From Eledone cirrhosa (taxonomy: Eukaryota): a stretch of 64,000 bases of DNA. Position numbers and translations under genes: made by a program. Below, in pieces: positions 1-13,095 of this stretch (position 1 is the first letter of the stretch; every line of letters begins with the position of its first letter). Location: assembly GCA_964016885.1 (NCBI GenBank), contig OZ024756.1, forward strand, positions 10,974,001 to 11,038,000. The letters run 5' to 3'. The notes below the pieces were generated by a model, which saw nothing but the letters and a program-made list of their open reading frames with translations, did not search any database and was not told the DNA's origin.

Positions 1-44
1 TTGCCCTTTGCTGTTCGCACAACTTTATTTCTTCTTTTTGTGTC

Positions 45-1212
45 TTCTACAGCTCTCTGTCAATACACTGTGGCCATGCTGGGGCACCACATCCTTTAAT
101 GTCTTCTACAGCTCTCTGTCAATACACTGTGGCCATGCTGGGGCACCACATGCTTTAATGTCTTCTACAGCTCTGAGACAATACACTGTGGCCATGCTGG
201 GGCACCATATTCAGACTCTGGCCATGCTGGGGCACCACACCCTTTAATGTCTTCTACAGCTCTCTGTCAATACACTGTGGCCATGCTGGGGCATCACACG
301 GTTTAATGTCTCCTACAACTCTCTGTCAATACACTGTGGCCATGCTGGGGCACCACACCCTTTAATGTCTTCTACAGCTCTCTGTCAATACACTGTGGCC
401 ATGCTGGGGCACCACACCCTTTAATGTCTTCTACAACTCTCTGTCAATACACTGTGGCCATGCTGGGGCACCACACCCTTTAATGTCTTCTACAGCTCTC
501 TGTCAATACACTGTGGCCATGCTGGGGCACCACACCCTTTAATGTCTTCTACAGCTCTGAGACAATACCCTGTGGCCATGCTGGGGCACCACACCCTTTA
601 ATGTCTTCTACAGCTCTGAGACAATACACTGTGGCCATGCTGGGGCACCACACCCTTTAATGTCTTTTACAGCTCTCAGACAATACCCTGTGGCCATGCT
701 GGGGCACCACACCCTTTAATGTCTTCTACAGATCTGTCAATACACTGTGGCCATGCTGGGGCACCACACCCTTTAATGTCTTCTACAGCTCTCTGTCAAT
801 ACACTGTGGTCATGCTGGGGCACCACACCCTTTAATGTCTTCTACAGCTCTCAGACAATACCCTGTGGCCATGCTGGGGCACCACACCCTTTAATGTCTT
901 CTACAGCTCTCAGACAACCCTGTGGCCATGCTGGGGCACCATATTCAGACTGTGGCCATGCTGGGGCACCACACCCTTTAATGTCTTCTACAAGTCTCAG
1001 ACAATACACTGTGGCCATGCTGGAGCACCATATTCAGACTGTTGCCATGCTGGGGCACCACACTCTTTTATGTCTTCTACAGTTCTGAGACAATACATTG
1101 TGGCCATGCTGGGGCACCACACCCTTTAATGTCTTCTACAAGTCTCAGACAATACACTGTGGCCATGCTGGAGCACCATATTCAGACTCTGGCCATGCTG
1201 AGGCACCACATA
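45..1212. repeat. 59-bp minisatellite array (~20 units)
   Basis: Unit TGTGGCCATGCTGGGGCACCACACCCTTTAATGTCTTCTACAGCTCTCTGTCAATACAC with period 59 (TTTAATGTC at 361 and 420); shorter variant units towards the right end. Confidence 0.95.
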
Positions 1213-1246
1213 CTTTTATTCTTTTTCTGGTTTCGATCATTAGATA

Positions 1247-2063
1247 TCAACTGGACATAACGGATCTGTAGAGCTCAACTGGACATAACAGATTTGTAGA
1301 GGTCAACTGGACATAACAGATGTATAGATGTTAACTGGACATAGCAGATCTATAGATGTCAACTGGACATAACAGATCTGTAGAGCTCAACTGGACATAA
1401 AAGATCTATAGATGTCAACTGGACATAACAGATCTGTAGAGCTCAAATGGACATAACAGATCTATAGATGTCAACTGGACATAACAGATCTGTAGATGTC
1501 AACTGGACATAAGAGATCTGTAAGGCTCAACTGGACATAACAGATCTATAGATGTTAACTGGACATAACAGATCTATAGATGTCAACTGGACATAACAGA
1601 TTTGTAGTGGTCAACTGGACATAACAGATCTATAGATGTCAACTGGACATAACAGATCTGTAGAGCTCAACTGGACATAACAGATCTATAGATGTCAACT
1701 GGACATAACAGATCTGTTGATGTCAACTGGTCATAACAGATCTGTAGAGCTCAACTGGACATAACAGATCTATAGATGTTAACTGGACATAACAGATCTG
1801 TAGATGTCACCTAGACATAACAGATTTGTAGAGGTCAACTGGACATAACAGATCTATAGATGTTAACTGGACATAACAGATCTATAGATGTCAACTGGAC
1901 ATAACAGATCTGTAGATGTCAACTGGTCATAACAGATCTGTAGAGCTCAACTGGACATAACAGATCTATAGATGTTAACTGGACATAACAGATCTGTAGA
2001 TGTCACCTAGACATAACAGATTTGTAGAGGTCAACTGGACATAACAGATCTGTAGATGTCAAC
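1247..2063. repeat. 28-bp minisatellite array (~29 units)
   Basis: Unit CAACTGGACATAACAGATCTRTAGATGT. The reverse complement recurs in a few copies at ~9475-9590. Confidence 0.95.
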
Positions 2064-3635
2064 AAGATAGATGTAACCTGTTTATATAATATGTATTTCT
2101 GAGGTGACGTTTAAATAATGTCTCTATCAGATTTCTTTTTACTAATGTCGTTATGTAAGGCCCGTGTGTGTGTATGTCTGTGTGTGTGTCAGTGTACATG
2201 TGTGTGTGTATGTATGTGTGTGTCAGTGTAGATGTGTGTGTATGTATGTCTGTGTGTGTGTGTGTACATGTGTGTGTATGCATGTCTGTGTGTGTGAGTG
2301 TACATGTGTGTGTATGTATGTCTGTGTGTGTGTGTGTGTGTGTGTACATGTGTGTGTATGTATGTCTGTGTGTGTGAGTGTACATGTGTATGTATGTCTG
2401 TGTGTGTGTGAGTGTACATGTGTGTGTATGTATGTCTGTGTGTGTGGTTGTACATGTGTGTGTGTATGTATGTCTGTGTGTGTGTGTGTGTACATGTGTG
2501 TGTATGTATGTCTGTGTGTGTGAGTATACATGTGTGTGTATGTATGTCTGTGTGTGTGAGTGTACATGTGTGTGTGTACATGTGTGTGTATCTATGTCTG
2601 CGTGTGTGAGTGTACATGTGTGTGTATGTATGTCTGTGTGTGTACATGTGTGTGTATGTATGTCTGTGTGTGTGAGTGTACATGTGTGTGTATGTATGTC
2701 TGTGTGTGTGAGTGTACGTGTGTGTGTGTATGTAACTATTTAGCTTGTCTGTTTTTTAACATGCCAGAACAACACAGCCATACATTTACATAAAAAAGAG
2801 AGAGAAGAAGGCTGAGAAGTAAAAAAAAAGAAGAAATTTAATGATCAATTAGACATAGAGGCATCTGAAATAAAAAATGGAATGTTTATGAATTAAAGGA
2901 AGTTAATTACTTGAAGTAGGTTTCTGATATATTAGTTTCTGATATAGAAGGATCGAAACAGTAAAATATGAGACAGCTGAGACAACAATAGTTCTCTTAA
3001 AGTTGATCATTAGATGGAATTCCTACTGATTTCACTCATACTAATCTATTGTCATATTCCTTATTCTGGATGTCTGTATATCATGGACCTTTACAGCACG
3101 TCAACAAAACTACAATCCAGTCCATGGAGAGAAGATGGGAACTTGAGGCTGTTTTTATTCTATGTCAGAGAATATTTGGTGTCAGGAAGGGCAATCAATA
3201 CTAGGAACCAAGTTCCCAGTACACTCTGTGAAGTGGTTGGTGTTAGGAAGGACACCCAGCCATAGAAACCATGCTCCCAGTACTCTCTGTGAAGTGGTTG
3301 GTGTTAGGAAGGACATCTAACTATAGAGACCATACACCCAGTACACTCTGTGAAGTGGTTGGTGTTAGGAAGGACATCCAGCCATAGAAACCAAGATCTC
3401 AGTCCATGCTGTGAAGTGGTTGGTGTTAGGAAGGACATCTAACTATAGAGACCATACACCCAGTACACTCTGTGAAGTGGTTGGTGTTAGGAAGGACACC
3501 CAGCCATAGAAACCATGTCTCAGTCCATGCTGTGAAGTGGTTGGTGTTAGGAAGGACATCCAGCCATAGAAACCATGTCTCAGTACACTCTGTAAAGTGG
3601 TTGGTGTTAGGAAGGACACCCAGCCATAGAAACAT
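2000..3635 (+). repeat. Left arm of a long inverted duplication (foldback-like)
   Basis: 2790-3230 is the near-exact reverse complement of 7590-8010 (ORFs 3014..3265+ and 7532..7783- are near-identical). 2040-2790 matches 9137-9585 inverted. Confidence 0.9.
3205..3635 (+). repeat. 60/61-bp SINE-derived tandem array (~7 units)
   Basis: Unit contains GTGAAGTGGTTGGTGTTAGGAAGGACATCCAGCCATAGAAACC, matching the SINE domain GGTTGGTGTTAGGAAGGGCATCCAGCTGTAGAAA. Confidence 0.9.
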
Positions 3636-4406
3636 TGACCTTGTTCATAAAACATCCATTTATTTTTCCTGGTTCATTCAATGTAAGAAGATAGGGGCCC
3701 ACCCATGACAGTTTTACAGAATCTCAGAAAATGGTGGAAGAAATAGGAGGATGGAGACCTACCCATGACTGTTTTACAGAACATCTCCAAAACCACAATT
3801 TAGTCCATAGTGATTATGATGGACGGTTTTAATATGAATACAAACGTTTTATATGAGCAGTTGTGTATCCTACAACCAATACAGTTTGTGGTGTGTTAGT
3901 ATCAAAAGGGTTAAAATGGGTGGTTTTGTATCATAGACCCAGGGCCAGTTTTTGGTGAATTCGTATCATCAGTGTGGAAATAGGTGGTTTCTTTTTGTTT
4001 GTTTCATTGAACCAGGGCCAGCTTTTTGGTGGGTTAGTATCAAAAAGGGTTAAATACATCTATACACACTTTATGCCAAAAATAAAATAGATAAAAATAA
4101 AAAATCCGAACCTGCATATACAACAAAAAATTATACTCACATTGTCAATCCTGACAGCTCCCAAACACCCATATACAACAAGATTATATACACTCACTCA
4201 CATTGACAATCTAGAAAGCTCCCAAATTAAACATATTCTTTGCTTCATCTTCTCCCATCTTCCACCAAAATCTTGTTTACAAATGCAACTTTCCCACATT
4301 CTCTCCTAGAAACACAACCAGCTAAACCTGCAAAGGAGTGAGCTGTAGATTTCATTTCATATATAACATCATTTAATGTGTTGTGTGTATATATATATAT
4401 ATAATG

Positions 4407-4450
<44 letters not shown>

Positions 4451-4546
4451 GTATGTATATATATATATATGTATGTATATATACACACACACACACATAT
4501 ATATATAATGTATGTATATATATATGTATGTATATATATATGTATG

Positions 4547-4584
<38 letters not shown>

Positions 4585-4785
4585 TATATAATGCATGTAT
4601 ATATATATATAATGTATGTATATTTACATATTCATCTGTATAATACATCAATAAAATTATAGGTATTCATAATTCATTCTCCATCTTCACAAATACAAAC
4701 ACACTCACAAACACAACCACACTCACACATACACACACACACACACACATACACACGCAGAGAGGCAAATAATGGCTGTGAGAGG

Positions 4786-4817
<32 letters not shown>

Positions 4818-5204
4818 AATGATTTGTATACAAATTCCAATTGTAATAATAAGAAATGAAGGAATCAAACTGGTTCTCTTGGATTAGATGGAAAAGGGAG
4901 AAGAAAAAAAAGCTGCCAGAGTTGACTGAATTTTGTGTAATCAGCTTCCAGATGTGTTTTTCTTTGCCAAAATATTCCAATTTGTCAAAGACATATTGTT
5001 TTCTATGTTGTTGTCAGACATGATCTGCCATACAGACCAAATACAATAATTTTGGCAGACAAAACTGTGAAAACATCAATCAAAGACTGCAATAATTTCA
5101 GGTCTTTTGTCTAATTTGAAGATCATTCTAACAGATTCCTTACGAATACCACTTGGGGTTGGGGTTGGGGTGGGGGGGGGGATTCTTTTCTTTATTGTGG
5201 TTTG

Positions 5205-5220
5205 TTGTTATTGCTGCTGC

Positions 5221-5255
<35 letters not shown>

Positions 5256-5970
5256 TTGTTGTTGTTGTGGTGGTGGTGGTGGTTTTTTTCTGGTAAAAAA
5301 TAATTTTTCTCAGAACGTTTTTTTTGGGGGGGGGGGGGGGGGGTTGTCATTGTTGTTGTTTTATGTATGTCCCTGCTGCTGCTGCTGTTGTTGTTGCTAC
5401 TGTTGTTGTTGTTATTACTGTTGTTGTTACTGTTGCTGTTGTTGTTGTTGTTACTGTTGTTGTTGCTGTTGTTGTTGCTGTTGTTGTTGCTGTTGCTGTT
5501 GTTGTTGATTTTGCTGTTGTTGTTATTGTTGTGGTGGTTGTTGTTGTTGTTGTTGCTGTAGTTGTTACTGTTGTTATTGCTGCTACTGTTGTTGTTGTTG
5601 TTGTATGTTTCCTTTCGTTATTGAAACAAAATTTTCAATTGTTGAAATTATCTTTCTCTACAGTTCTCCTCCCCCCTCATCCCTCTCTTTCTCTCTCTCT
5701 CTCTTTCTCTCTCTCTCTGTTCTTCTTTCTCACTCCTCTCTCTCTTTCTCTCTCTCTCTGTTCTTCTTTCTCTCTCCCCTCTCTCTTTCTCTCTCTCTCT
5801 GTTCTTCTTTCTCTCTCCTCTCTCTCTTTCTCTCTCTCTCTGTTCTTCTTTCTCTCTCCCCTCTCTCTTTCTCTCTCTCTCTGTTCTTCTTTCTCTCTCT
5901 GTTCTTCTTTCTCTCTCCTCTCTCTCTCTCTTTCTCTCTTCCCCCTCTCTCTCTCTCTCTCTCTCTCTAC
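5205..5970. repeat. Compound microsatellites (GTT/GCT)n then (CT)n
   Basis: Direct reading; the overlapping ORFs are homopolymeric artefacts. Confidence 0.95.
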
Positions 5971-6145
5971 CTCTTTTTCTCACATGAAATAACAATACTC
6001 ACATGAAAACACACACACATACACACAAGAATACAAACACATACACATATATACATACACAAACGTAGACCTATATACATGTCCACATACATTCATACAT
6101 ATATAAATATAATCAAAGGTACCTATATAAACAAACATGCTTACA

Positions 6146-7590
6146 GCTGGATGTCCTTCCTAACCCCAACCACTTCACAGCATGGACTGAGAGCTTGGTT
6201 TCTATGGCTGGGTGTCCTTCCTAACACCAACCACTTCACAGCATGGACTGAGACATGGTCTCTATGGCTGGGTGTCCTTCTTAACATCAACCACTTCACA
6301 GCATGGACTGAGAGCTTGGTTTCTATGGCTGGATGTCCTTCTTAACATCAACCACTTCACAGCATGGACTGAGACATGGTTTCTATGGCTGGATGTCCTT
6401 CCTAACACCAACCACTTCACAGCATGGACTGAGACATGGTTTCTATGGCTAGATGTCTTTCCTAACACCAACCACTTCACAGCATGGACTGAGACATGGT
6501 TTCTATGGCTGGATGTCTTTCCTAACACCAACCACTTCACAGCATGGACTGAGACATGGTTTCTATGGCTGGATGTCCTTCCTAACACCAACCACTTCAC
6601 AGCATGGACTGAGACATGGTTTCTATGGCTGGATGTCCTTCCTAACACCAACCACTTCACAGCATGGACTGAGACATGGTTTCTATGGCTAGATGTCTTT
6701 CCTAACACCAACCACTTCACAGCATGGACTGAGACATGGTTTCTATGGCTGGATGTCTTTCCTAACACCAACCACTTCACAGCATGGACTGAGACATGGT
6801 TTCTATGGCTGGATGTCCTTCCTAACACCAACCACTTCACAGCATGGACTGAGACATGGTTTCTATGGCTGGGTGTCCTTCCTAACACCAACCACTTCAC
6901 AGCATGGACTGAGATCTTGGTTTCTATGGCTGGATGTCCTTCCTAACACCAACCACTTCACAGCATGTACTGGGAGCTTGGTTTCTATGGCTGGATGTCC
7001 TTCCTAACACCAACCACTTCACAGCATGGACTGAGACATGGTCTCTATGGCTGGGTGTCCTTCCTAACACCAACCACTTCACAGCATGTACTGGGAGCTT
7101 GGTTTCTATGGCTGGATGTCCTTCCTAACACCAACCAGTTTACAGAGTGTACTGGGAGCATGATTTCTATAGTTAGATGTCCTTCCTAACACCAACCACT
7201 TTACAGAGTGTACTGGGTGTATGGTCTCTATAGTTAGATGTCCTTCCTAACACCAACCACTTCACAGTATGTACTGAGATCTTGGTTTCTATGGCTGGAT
7301 GTCCTTCCTAACACCAACCACTTCACAGCATGGACTGAGACATGGTCTCTATGGCTGGGTGTCCTTCCTAACACCAACCACTTCACAGCATGTACTGGGA
7401 GCTTGGTTTCTATGGCTGGATGTCCTTCCTAACACCAACCAGTTTACAGAGTGTACTGGGAGCATGATTTCTATAGTTAGATGTCCTTCCTAACACCAAC
7501 CACTTCACAGTATGTACTGAGATCTTGGTTTCTATGGCTGGATGTCCTTCCTAACACCAACCACTTTACAGAGTGTACTGGGAGCTTGGT
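6146..7590 (-). repeat. 60/61-bp SINE-derived tandem array (~24 units)
   Basis: Unit TTTCTATGGCTGGATGTCCTTCCTAACACCAACCACTTCACAGCATGGACTGAGACATGG; reverse complement of the 3205-3635 array. Confidence 0.95.
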
Positions 7591-8122
7591 TCCTAGTATT
7601 GATTGCCCTTCCTGACACCAAATATTCTCTGGCATAGAATAAAAACAGCCTCAAGTTCCCATCTTCTCTCCATGGACTGGATTGTAGTTTTGTTGACGTG
7701 CTGTAAAGGTCCATGATATACAGACATCCAGAATAAGGAATATGACAATAGATTAGTATGAGTGAAATCAGTAGGAATTCCATCTAATGATCAACTTTAA
7801 GAGAACTATTGTTGTCTCAGCTGTCTCATATTTTACTATTTCGATCCTTCTGTATCAGAAACTAATATATCAGAAACCTACTTCAAGTAATTAACTTCCT
7901 TTAATTCATAAACATTCCATTTTTTATTTCAGATGCCTCTGTCTAATTGATCATTAAATTTCTTCTTTTTTTTACTTCTCAGCCTTCTTCTCCCTCTTTT
8001 TATGTAAATGTTTAACGAAAGGTATTTTTAACAATAAGTAAGTAGTTATTGTTGTGAAAGATTATTAGATAGAATAACAGTTTTTAGATGTAATATAACA
8101 AGAATAAAGATTTACTTTAAAT

Positions 8123-8255
8123 ATAATTGTTTCTACTTTTGGCACAAGGCCAGCAATTATTCCAGTGTATTACTGGTACTTTATTTTATCGACCCCGTAA
8201 GGATGAAAGGCAAAGTTAACCTCGACGGGATTTGAACTCAGACCATAAAGGGACG
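8123..8255 (-). mobile_element. Nin-domain-like SINE (family B), partial
   Basis: Reverse complement of GTTCAAATCCCG..GAGGTTAACTTTGCCTTTCATCCTTACGGGGTCGATAAAATAAAGTACCAG. Confidence 0.85.
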
Positions 8256-8257
8256 TA

Positions 8258-8516
8258 ACACTTTATTTCACATTGCTCCAGTTTACTCAGCTGTAGAAAT
8301 GAGATGATAGGGACTGGGATCCCTATCATTCCACTGCAAAGTGGTTGTGGAGGTGCCACGGCAAAAAAAAAGTACCCAGCACTCACTGTAAATGAGGTTG
8401 GTGTTAGGAAGGGCATCCAGCTGTAGAAATCAAGCCAGAATTAGTTCCCGTCCCACCCTTGCAAGCAGGGAAAAAGTGGACGTAAAATGATGATGATGAT
8501 GGTGATGATGATGATG
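8258..8516 (+). mobile_element. SINE family A (core + V-like domain + RTE tail), 5'-truncated
   Basis: CACTTTATTTCACATTGCTCCAG...GGAAGGGCATCCAGCTGTAGAAA...GGACGTAAAA(TGA)n. Confidence 0.85.
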
Positions 8517-8649
8517 CGAAAACAGCGAGCGAACAGATAATGTTGTTGTTTGAAATTGCAGTCCATGGTAGTAGTTCTCGTTGTGAGACCATAGTAAGCG
8601 AGAGAGAGCAATGATTTGTATACTTCAGAATGGACTGTAGTTGACTGTA

Positions 8650-8976
8650 GACCACTGTGGCCTGTAGATAGCGGTGAATCTTTCACAGAGCTGGTCTGTT
8701 GTAGTAGGGCTCAGATCTATCTGTATCTCTGTAGACCTCTGGGGCCTGTAGATAGCAGTGAATCTTTCACATAGCTGGTCTGTTGTCGTAGGGCTCAGAT
8801 CTCTCTGTATCTCTGTAGACCTCTGGGGCCTGTAGATAGCTGTGAATCTTTCACATAGCTGGCTTGTAGTCGTAGGGCTCAGATCTCTCTGTATCTCTGT
8901 AGACCTCTGGGGCCTGTAGATAGCTGTGAATCTTTACATAGCTGGTCTGTAGTCGTAGGGCTCAGATCTCTCTGTA
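8650..8976. repeat. 84-bp tandem repeat (~4 units)
   Basis: GGCCTGTAGATAG at 8659, 8743, 8827 and 8911. Confidence 0.9.
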
Positions 8977-9685
8977 TAAAGGTGGAATGATACAGGCTTT
9001 ATATACCTGTCACTTTCTGTCTCCCACCTTGAGGGGATAGCCCACGCATGAACTTTTTCACACCAAAAGGGTGGTGACCTAGAGTTTGATCTTTAGGTGT
9101 CACCCAAGGTTCAAGGCGTGGACAGATCTCGCTACAAATGTATGTGTGTTGTTCTGGCAGTTTACACAGACAAGCAAAACAGATACATACACACACATGT
9201 ACACTCACACAGACATACATACACACATATGTACACTCACACAGACATACATACACACATATGTACACTCACACAGACATACATACACACACATGTACAC
9301 TCACACAGACATACATACACACACATGTACACTCACACAGACATACATACTCACACAGACATACATACAGGCCTTACATATCGACATTAGTAAAAAAATA
9401 TCTGATAGACACATTATATAAACGTCACCCCAGAAATACATATCATATAAACAGGTTGTATCTATCTTGTTGCCATCTATAGATCTGTTATGCCCAGTTG
9501 ACATCTATAGATCTGTTATGTCCTATTGACCTCTACAGATCTGTTATATCCTTGTGACATCTACAGATTTGTTATGCCAAGTTGACATTGACAAAATTTA
9601 TGATTGACAAGCTGCATGTCTCTAGTCAACATGTACAGTCTCTCTCACTCTCTCTGTCTATATATATATATATATATATACATAT

Positions 9686-9718
<33 letters not shown>

Positions 9719-10234
9719 TATATATACATATATATACATATATATATGTCACTCAATTTTAAATACGATCTATGCTTCATCAAATCCAATGATTTGGTTA
9801 AGCATGCATTGTATTTAAAATTGAGTGACACAATTTCAAGTGATTAGCAATTTTTAGACAACTTAATCAATGAAACAATTGTTAATACTGTAAATAAAAC
9901 CATTTTTGTACTGTTGACCATGTTATGGTGGTGATGATGATGACGATGGTGGTGATGATGGTGGTGGTGGTGGTGGTTGTGGTGGTGTGGGGGGGGGGGG
10001 CGATGATGGTGGTGGTGGCGATGATGGTGGTGGTGGTGGTGGTGGCGATGGTGGTGGTGGTGGTGGTGGTGGCGATGATGATGATGGCGATGACGATGGT
10101 GATGATGGTGATGATGATGATGATGATGACGGCGACGACGATGTTGTCAACAGCGATAACATGAAAGTAGATGGCCAACGGAGACAAAAAGAGACAAAGG
10201 CGATCGCAATGATTGTTACAACCATCGCGGAATC

Positions 10235-10607
10235 ATTTCATTTTACGTCCGCTTTTTCCCTGCTTGTAAGGGTAGGGCGGGAACTGATTCTGGCTTGATT
10301 TCTACAGCTGGATGCCCTTCCTAACACCAACCTCATTTACAGTGAGTGGTGGGTGCTTTTTTTGCCGTGGCACCTCCACGACCACTTTACAGTGAGTGCT
10401 GGGTGTTTTTTTGCCGTGGCACCTGCACGACCACTTTGCAGTGGAATGATATAGACCCCAGTCCCTATCATCTCATTTCTACAGCTGAGTAAACTGGAGC
10501 AATGTGAAATAAAGTGTCTTGCTCAAGGAAACAACACATGACCCGGTCTGAGAATTGAACTCACAACCTTTCGATTGCAAGGCCAATGCTCTAACCACTA
10601 AGCCATG
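10235..10607 (-). mobile_element. tRNA-derived SINE family A, full length
   Basis: Minus strand: head CATGGCTTAGTGGTTAGAGC (A box) and GTGAGTTCAATTCTC (B box); core CCTTGAGCAAGACACTTTA; V-like domain; tail GGACGTAAAATGA. Confidence 0.88.
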
Positions 10608-10639
10608 TCCTAAACATTGTTGGAAAGACCTTCACCCGA

Positions 10640-10835
10640 GTGATACTGAACTGAGAGATTAACGATCGACATGATATTCTCTCTGAGGCAGCTGCAAGAG
10701 ACACCCCCTGTACATCACCTTCATAGACCTGGCCAAGGCATTTGATTTGGTCAGCAGAACAGGCCTGTTTACACTCCTGCAGAGAATCGGATGCCCCCCC
10801 CCCCCCTTCCCACCCCCACCCCAAGTTCTGAGGAT
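10640..10835 (+). pseudogene. RTE-clade LINE reverse transcriptase fragment
   Basis: Translates ITFIDLAKAFDLVSRTGLFTLLQRIGCP (RT motif FxDxxKAFD). Confidence 0.75.
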
Positions 10836-10841
10836 GATCAG

Positions 10842-11392
10842 GTTAACTTTGCCTTTCATCCTTACGGGGGTCGATAAAATAAAGTACCAGTACACTGGGG
10901 TAATTGCTGGCCTTGTGTCAAAAAGTAGAAACAATTATTATTATATATATATATGTGTGTGTGTTAGGGTGGTGGATTGGCAGTATCGGTAGAGGGTCGG
11001 ACGCCATGCATTGCAGCATAGAGTTACGGCCCTTTATGATCTGAGTTCAAATCCCGCCGAGGTTAACTTTGCCTTTCATCCTTACGTGGGGGTCGATAAA
11101 ATAAAGCACCAGTTACGTACTGGGGTCGATTTAATCGACTTTCCCCTCCCCCAAATTACTGGCCTTGTGCCGATATAAGAAACCATTATATATATATACA
11201 TGGCGGTGGATTGGCAGTATCGGTAGAGGGTCGGACGCCATGCGTTGATGCATAGAGTTACGGTCCTTGCCATTCTGAGTTCAAATCCCGCCGAGGTTAA
11301 CTTTGCCTTTCATCCTTACGGGGTCGATAAAATAAAGTACATGTAATGCACTGGGTAATTGCTGGCCTTGTGCCAAAAGTAGAAACAATTAT
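10842..11392 (+). mobile_element. Cluster of three Nin-domain-like SINEs (family B)
   Basis: Copies at ~10842, ~10967 and ~11202. Head GGCGGTGGATTGGCAGTATCGGTAGAG, B box GAGTTCAAATCC, then GCCTTTCATCCTTACGGGGTCGATAAAATAAAGTAC. Confidence 0.88.
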
Positions 11393-11781
11393 ATATATAT
11401 ATGTGTGTGTGTGTGAGGGGGGGGGGGTATTGAAGTAGATTTGGCTGCTATTTTCAGCATGTCGGGCTCACCACATAGATGCCCCAGTCAAACCACCCCT
11501 TTGTATGTTTTAACTATGTGATTACTAAAATCCTTACGTGGGCAATGTAATATGAGTTGAGAGAATCTTTGATAAGTATAAGCTGATAATGTCGACCAAC
11601 CAATCTACAAATATTGTGTTTGTGTATTAAAACCTGGCTCAAGGCTAATGCAAGCTCTAACCCTCGACTTCTAGGTACTGGATCAAAGGTTAACACCTAA
11701 CATTTCATATTACAGATATTGGACTTATTTATAATGATCACATGATCACAGCAGTCAACAACATATGTGTCACTGTAGCGT

Positions 11782-11839
<58 letters not shown>

Positions 11840-12046
11840 CGGCTCTGTTGAGCTATATCCTATACTGTTGAGCTATATCCTATACTGTCATTTCTATAAT
11901 ACGACGAGTGTGTTTTACTCCAACGCACTCTAATATTTTAATTCTTATATATATATATATATATATATATATTTCGTTTCTGAATTTGTTTAGCAAGATT
12001 CTTTATCTTACGATTCTTTATTGGCAACATGACCCTCCCAAAGTAT

Positions 12047-12096
<50 letters not shown>

Positions 12097-12206
12097 GTAC
12101 TATTGCTACTATTCTACCATCTTGACCACTCACTACTTTTCTATTGGTCAATTCAAAACCTGTTCCCAAACAGACCTATTATATTAAATCTTTGTTGGTT
12201 TTTTTC

Positions 12207-12388
12207 AATTGGCAGTATTGGTAGAGGGTCGGATGCCATGCTTTCCAGCATAGTTACGTCCCTTTCCGATCTGAGTTCAAATCCCGCCGATGTTGACTTT
12301 GCCTTTCATCCTTACGGGGTCGATAAAATAAAGTACCAGTAATGCACTGAGTAATTGCTGGCCTTGTGCCTAAAGTAGAAACAATTAT
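12207..12388 (+). mobile_element. Nin-domain-like SINE (family B)
   Basis: Same head, core and tail (GTAGAAACAATTATT). Confidence 0.88.
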
Positions 12389-12570
12389 TTCTGAAGACAG
12401 CATATATATGTGTAGGTATGAACATTCTCTCTGATAGTTTGTAAAAAATTTATATAGATCTATATGATATACATACCAACACACACACATATATCCTAGA
12501 AACGATCGTAAAATGATGAATTTTTTAATATAAGGAACTGTTTCTTTGTTTTTATTCATTATTTTTATTA

Positions 12571-12693
<123 letters not shown>

Positions 12694-12697
12694 AATG

Positions 12698-12845
12698 AAT
12701 GAAGTAATTCCGTCGGAAAAGTCCAGGAAAAAAGAGTGCTCTATGTAAGCAACAGAGCTTAATTATTATTATGTAATAAACAACATAAGGCAATTATTCC
12801 ATTTACCAGTGGTTTCTTAAAAGCAAAAGGTTTTGCTTTCAATCC
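12698..12845 (-). repeat. Inverted partial pseudo-LTR of the Penelope-like element
   Basis: Reverse complement of ~13107-13254; truncated inside the hammerhead core (lacks CUGA). Confidence 0.88.
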
Positions 12846-13095
12846 ACGCACAAGTGTACAATCTATACACACACACATGTGTATACAACTATATGCACAC
12901 ATGTGTGTGTGTGTATGTGTGTGTGTGTGTGTGTGTATGTGTGTGTGTGCTTTTATGTTTTTTCGTGTATGTGTGGTTGTATGTGTAGTCTTATTTTATT
13001 TTATTTTTCCTTTCCTCCTTCCTTCTCCATCCTCACTTTCATATAGCTTGCTTTTTTGTTTTTAAGATCCAAATTCAATAAACAAACCAGGATTT

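Larger units (their letters stand above)
8011..9136. mobile_element. Probable solo LTR containing nested SINEs and an 84-bp tandem repeat
   Basis: Termini TTTAACGA (one mismatch from TGTAACGA) and TCGCTACA; 4-bp TSD AATG at 8007-8010 and 9137-9140. The empty site is visible in the left arm at ~2780. Minus-strand TATA-like GGTATATAAAG near 9000. Confidence 0.65.
6146..9590 (-). repeat. Right arm of the long inverted duplication, interrupted by a solo LTR
   Basis: Mirror order of modules: 60-bp array, unique ~450 bp, [insertion 8011-9136], CA-rich tract, unique ~100 bp, 28-bp array. Confidence 0.88.

Noticed and set aside
3014-3265. Duplicated 83-aa small protein gene (also 7532..7783)
   Set aside because: The identity is explained by the inverted duplication; the ORF runs into the 60-bp array and has no recognisable domain.
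4110-4230. Tandem minus-strand microexons (AG-9/10 nt-GTGAGT)
   Set aside because: A short ~63-bp tandem duplication with weak polypyrimidine tracts; cannot be supported without RNA-seq.
10540-10607. tRNA gene
   Set aside because: The A/B boxes belong to a SINE head joined to core and tail and repeated at 25.8 and 52.6 kb.
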